From Planctomycetota bacterium (GTDB taxonomy: Bacteria > Planctomycetota > Phycisphaerae > Sedimentisphaerales > Anaerobacaceae), in NCBI GenBank assembly GCA_020344865.1, contig CP070830.1, positions 2,569,383-2,603,135 of the forward strand: a DNA stretch of 33,753 nucleotides, written 5' to 3'. Position 1 is the stretch's first letter. Every line of letters starts with the position of its first letter. Under the pieces are notes generated by a model. That model had not been told where the DNA came from, made no database searches, and worked only from the letters and a program-made list of their open reading frames with translations. Below, in pieces: positions 32,527 through 33,753 of this stretch. A program made the position numbers and the translations under genes.

Positions 32527-33753
32527 ATGAAAGCTTTTGCCATAACTACTCTTGGCTGCAAAGTTAATCAATACGAAGGCCAGCAGATTCGCCAACTGCT
32601 TGAGCAATTCGGACTTACGCAGGTTCGGAGGGGCGAGGGGCCCGAGATAGTTGTAATCAATACCTGCTGTGTTACTCGCAGTGCTTCGGCGAAGAGCCGG
32701 CAATATATCCGAAGAGCTGAAAAACTAAGTCCTGATGCAGTTATCGTCGTTTCTGGGTGTTTGCCGGTTGTGGAAATCGGCGAATTAGGCTATTGCGGCA
32801 AGAACGTTCATCTAATCAGGCAGCGCGAGCATACGGCGGCGGTCTTGACGGAAATAGTCAATGGCGAAGCTGGGGGGCGGAACCGCGGAAACACGCAAAC
32901 TGACCAATATGTTAAAAGAGCCAAAAACGGGCCTAAAGACAGGCCTTACAATGATTTATGTAGTCCCGCGAAGCTGCCACAACTAACATCGTTCAAAGGC
33001 CATACACGGGCTTTTCTCAAGGTTCAAGATGGCTGCGACGGCTATTGCAGCTACTGTATTATACCCAAGGCGCGGGCGAATGTTCACAGTAAGTCAGCGG
33101 GAGAGGTGCTTGAAGAGGCGGAGGCATTGGTGAAGGCGGGGCATAAGGAAATTGTCGTAACCGGTGTATTTTTAGGGGCTTACGGGCGGGAGAGCGTGAG
33201 GCGAAAGCGGTGGGCGAACGAGCGGAATGACGCATTGGCGGAGCTGCTGGATGAGATGGCGGGGATAGCGGGGCTTGCGCGGATACGTCTGAGCTCGCTT
33301 GAGCCGGGGGACGTGACGGAGCGATTGATGGATAGTTTCTGCAGAAATAGCAATATAATGCCGCATCTGCATTTGTCGCTGCAGTCGGGTTCGGATGCGG
33401 TTCTGAAGCGGATGGGGAGGCAGTACGATGTTCGTAAGTTCCTGCGGGCGGTGGAGTTAGCGAAGTCGAGTTTGGAGCGGCCGGCGATAACGGCGGACGT
33501 GATTGTGGGATTTCCGGGTGAGACGGAGGGGGATTTCGAGGCGACGGTGGAGGTGGCGAAGGAGGTGGGGTTCGCGAAGATGCATGTTTTCGGGTTTTCG
33601 GCGAGGGGCGGGACGGCGGCGGCGGAGATGCAAGATGTTGTGAATAATAGAGTTATAAAGAGGCGTTCGGAGGTGTTGCGGGAGGTGGATGCGGAGCTGG
33701 GGCGACGGTTTAGGGAGGGATTTATCGGTGAGGAATGCGAGATTCTGGTTGAA
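32527..33753 (+). CDS. mtaB: tRNA (N6-threonylcarbamoyladenosine-37-C2)-methylthiotransferase MtaB-like radical SAM enzyme, 3' end cut by the window edge
   Basis: This ORF is absent from the ORF track because it has no stop in the window. ATG 32527 opens a frame that runs 409 codons to base 33753. The UPF0004 N-terminal domain is MKAFAITTLGCKVNQYE...VINTCCVT. The radical SAM cluster motif is VQDGCDGYCSYCIIP, followed by SLQSGSDAVLKRMGR and VGFPGETEGDF. Confidence 0.85.
   Translation, partial: MKAFAITTLGCKVNQYEGQQIRQLLEQFGLTQVRRGEGPEIVVINTCCVTRSASAKSRQYIRRAEKLSPDAVIVVSGCLPVVEIGELGYCGKNVHLIRQREHTAAVLTEIVNGEAGGRNRGNTQTDQYVKRAKNGPKDRPYNDLCSPAKLPQLTSFKGHTRAFLKVQDGCDGYCSYCIIPKARANVHSKSAGEVLEEAEALVKAGHKEIVVTGVFLGAYGRESVRRKRWANERNDALAELLDEMAGIAGLARIRLSSLEPGDVTERLMDSFCRNSNIMPHLHLSLQSGSDAVLKRMGRQYDVRKFLRAVELAKSSLERPAITADVIVGFPGETEGDFEATVEVAKEVGFAKMHVFGFSARGGTAAAEMQDVVNNRVIKRRSEVLREVDAELGRRFREGFIGEECEILVE

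Overview
This is a 33.7 kb chromosomal segment with 21 supportable protein-coding genes and one tRNA. It contains no rRNA, CRISPR array, transposase or integrase. The gene content suggests a PVC-superphylum or Planctomycetota (Phycisphaerae-like) bacterium. That assignment is inference from three things: a prepilin-type protein with an H-X9-DG-like C-terminus, envelope enzymes fused to TPR arrays, and generally weak Shine-Dalgarno signals. Housekeeping genes sit at both ends: uvrC (5' partial), ribD and ligA on the left, ahcY in the middle, and mtaB (3' partial) on the right. The rest is accessory or envelope related. (a) tRNA-Asn(GTT) is followed directly by a small GIY-YIG nuclease ORF, and the pair is bracketed by a perfect 42-bp duplication of the tRNA 3' half. 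A third 18-bp copy lies 3 kb downstream, and the DNA between includes a low-GC gene for a secreted S8 peptidase and a transglutaminase-like gene. (b) A co-directional block encodes a Hanks kinase, a metallophosphatase that overlaps it, a GT21-like glycosyltransferase and a GH42/GHL6-like hydrolase. (c) A minus-strand run encodes ahcY, a polytopic membrane protein, a sulfatase-fold/TPR protein, a GT-C/TPR protein and a GGDEF protein. (d) A pseudopilin and a GH2 beta-mannosidase follow. (e) The most unusual locus is a three-gene minus-strand operon at 26686-32434. It is led by an apparent PilM-PilN fusion with a long extra C-terminal region, followed by two membrane-anchored proteins I cannot assign. 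Two of the three proteins carry codon-diversified GYGPP low-complexity tracts flanked by Arg/Ser-rich and acidic blocks. No pilus ATPase, platform protein, secretin or prepilin peptidase is nearby. All product calls come from motifs read by eye in the supplied translations. No database search was run.
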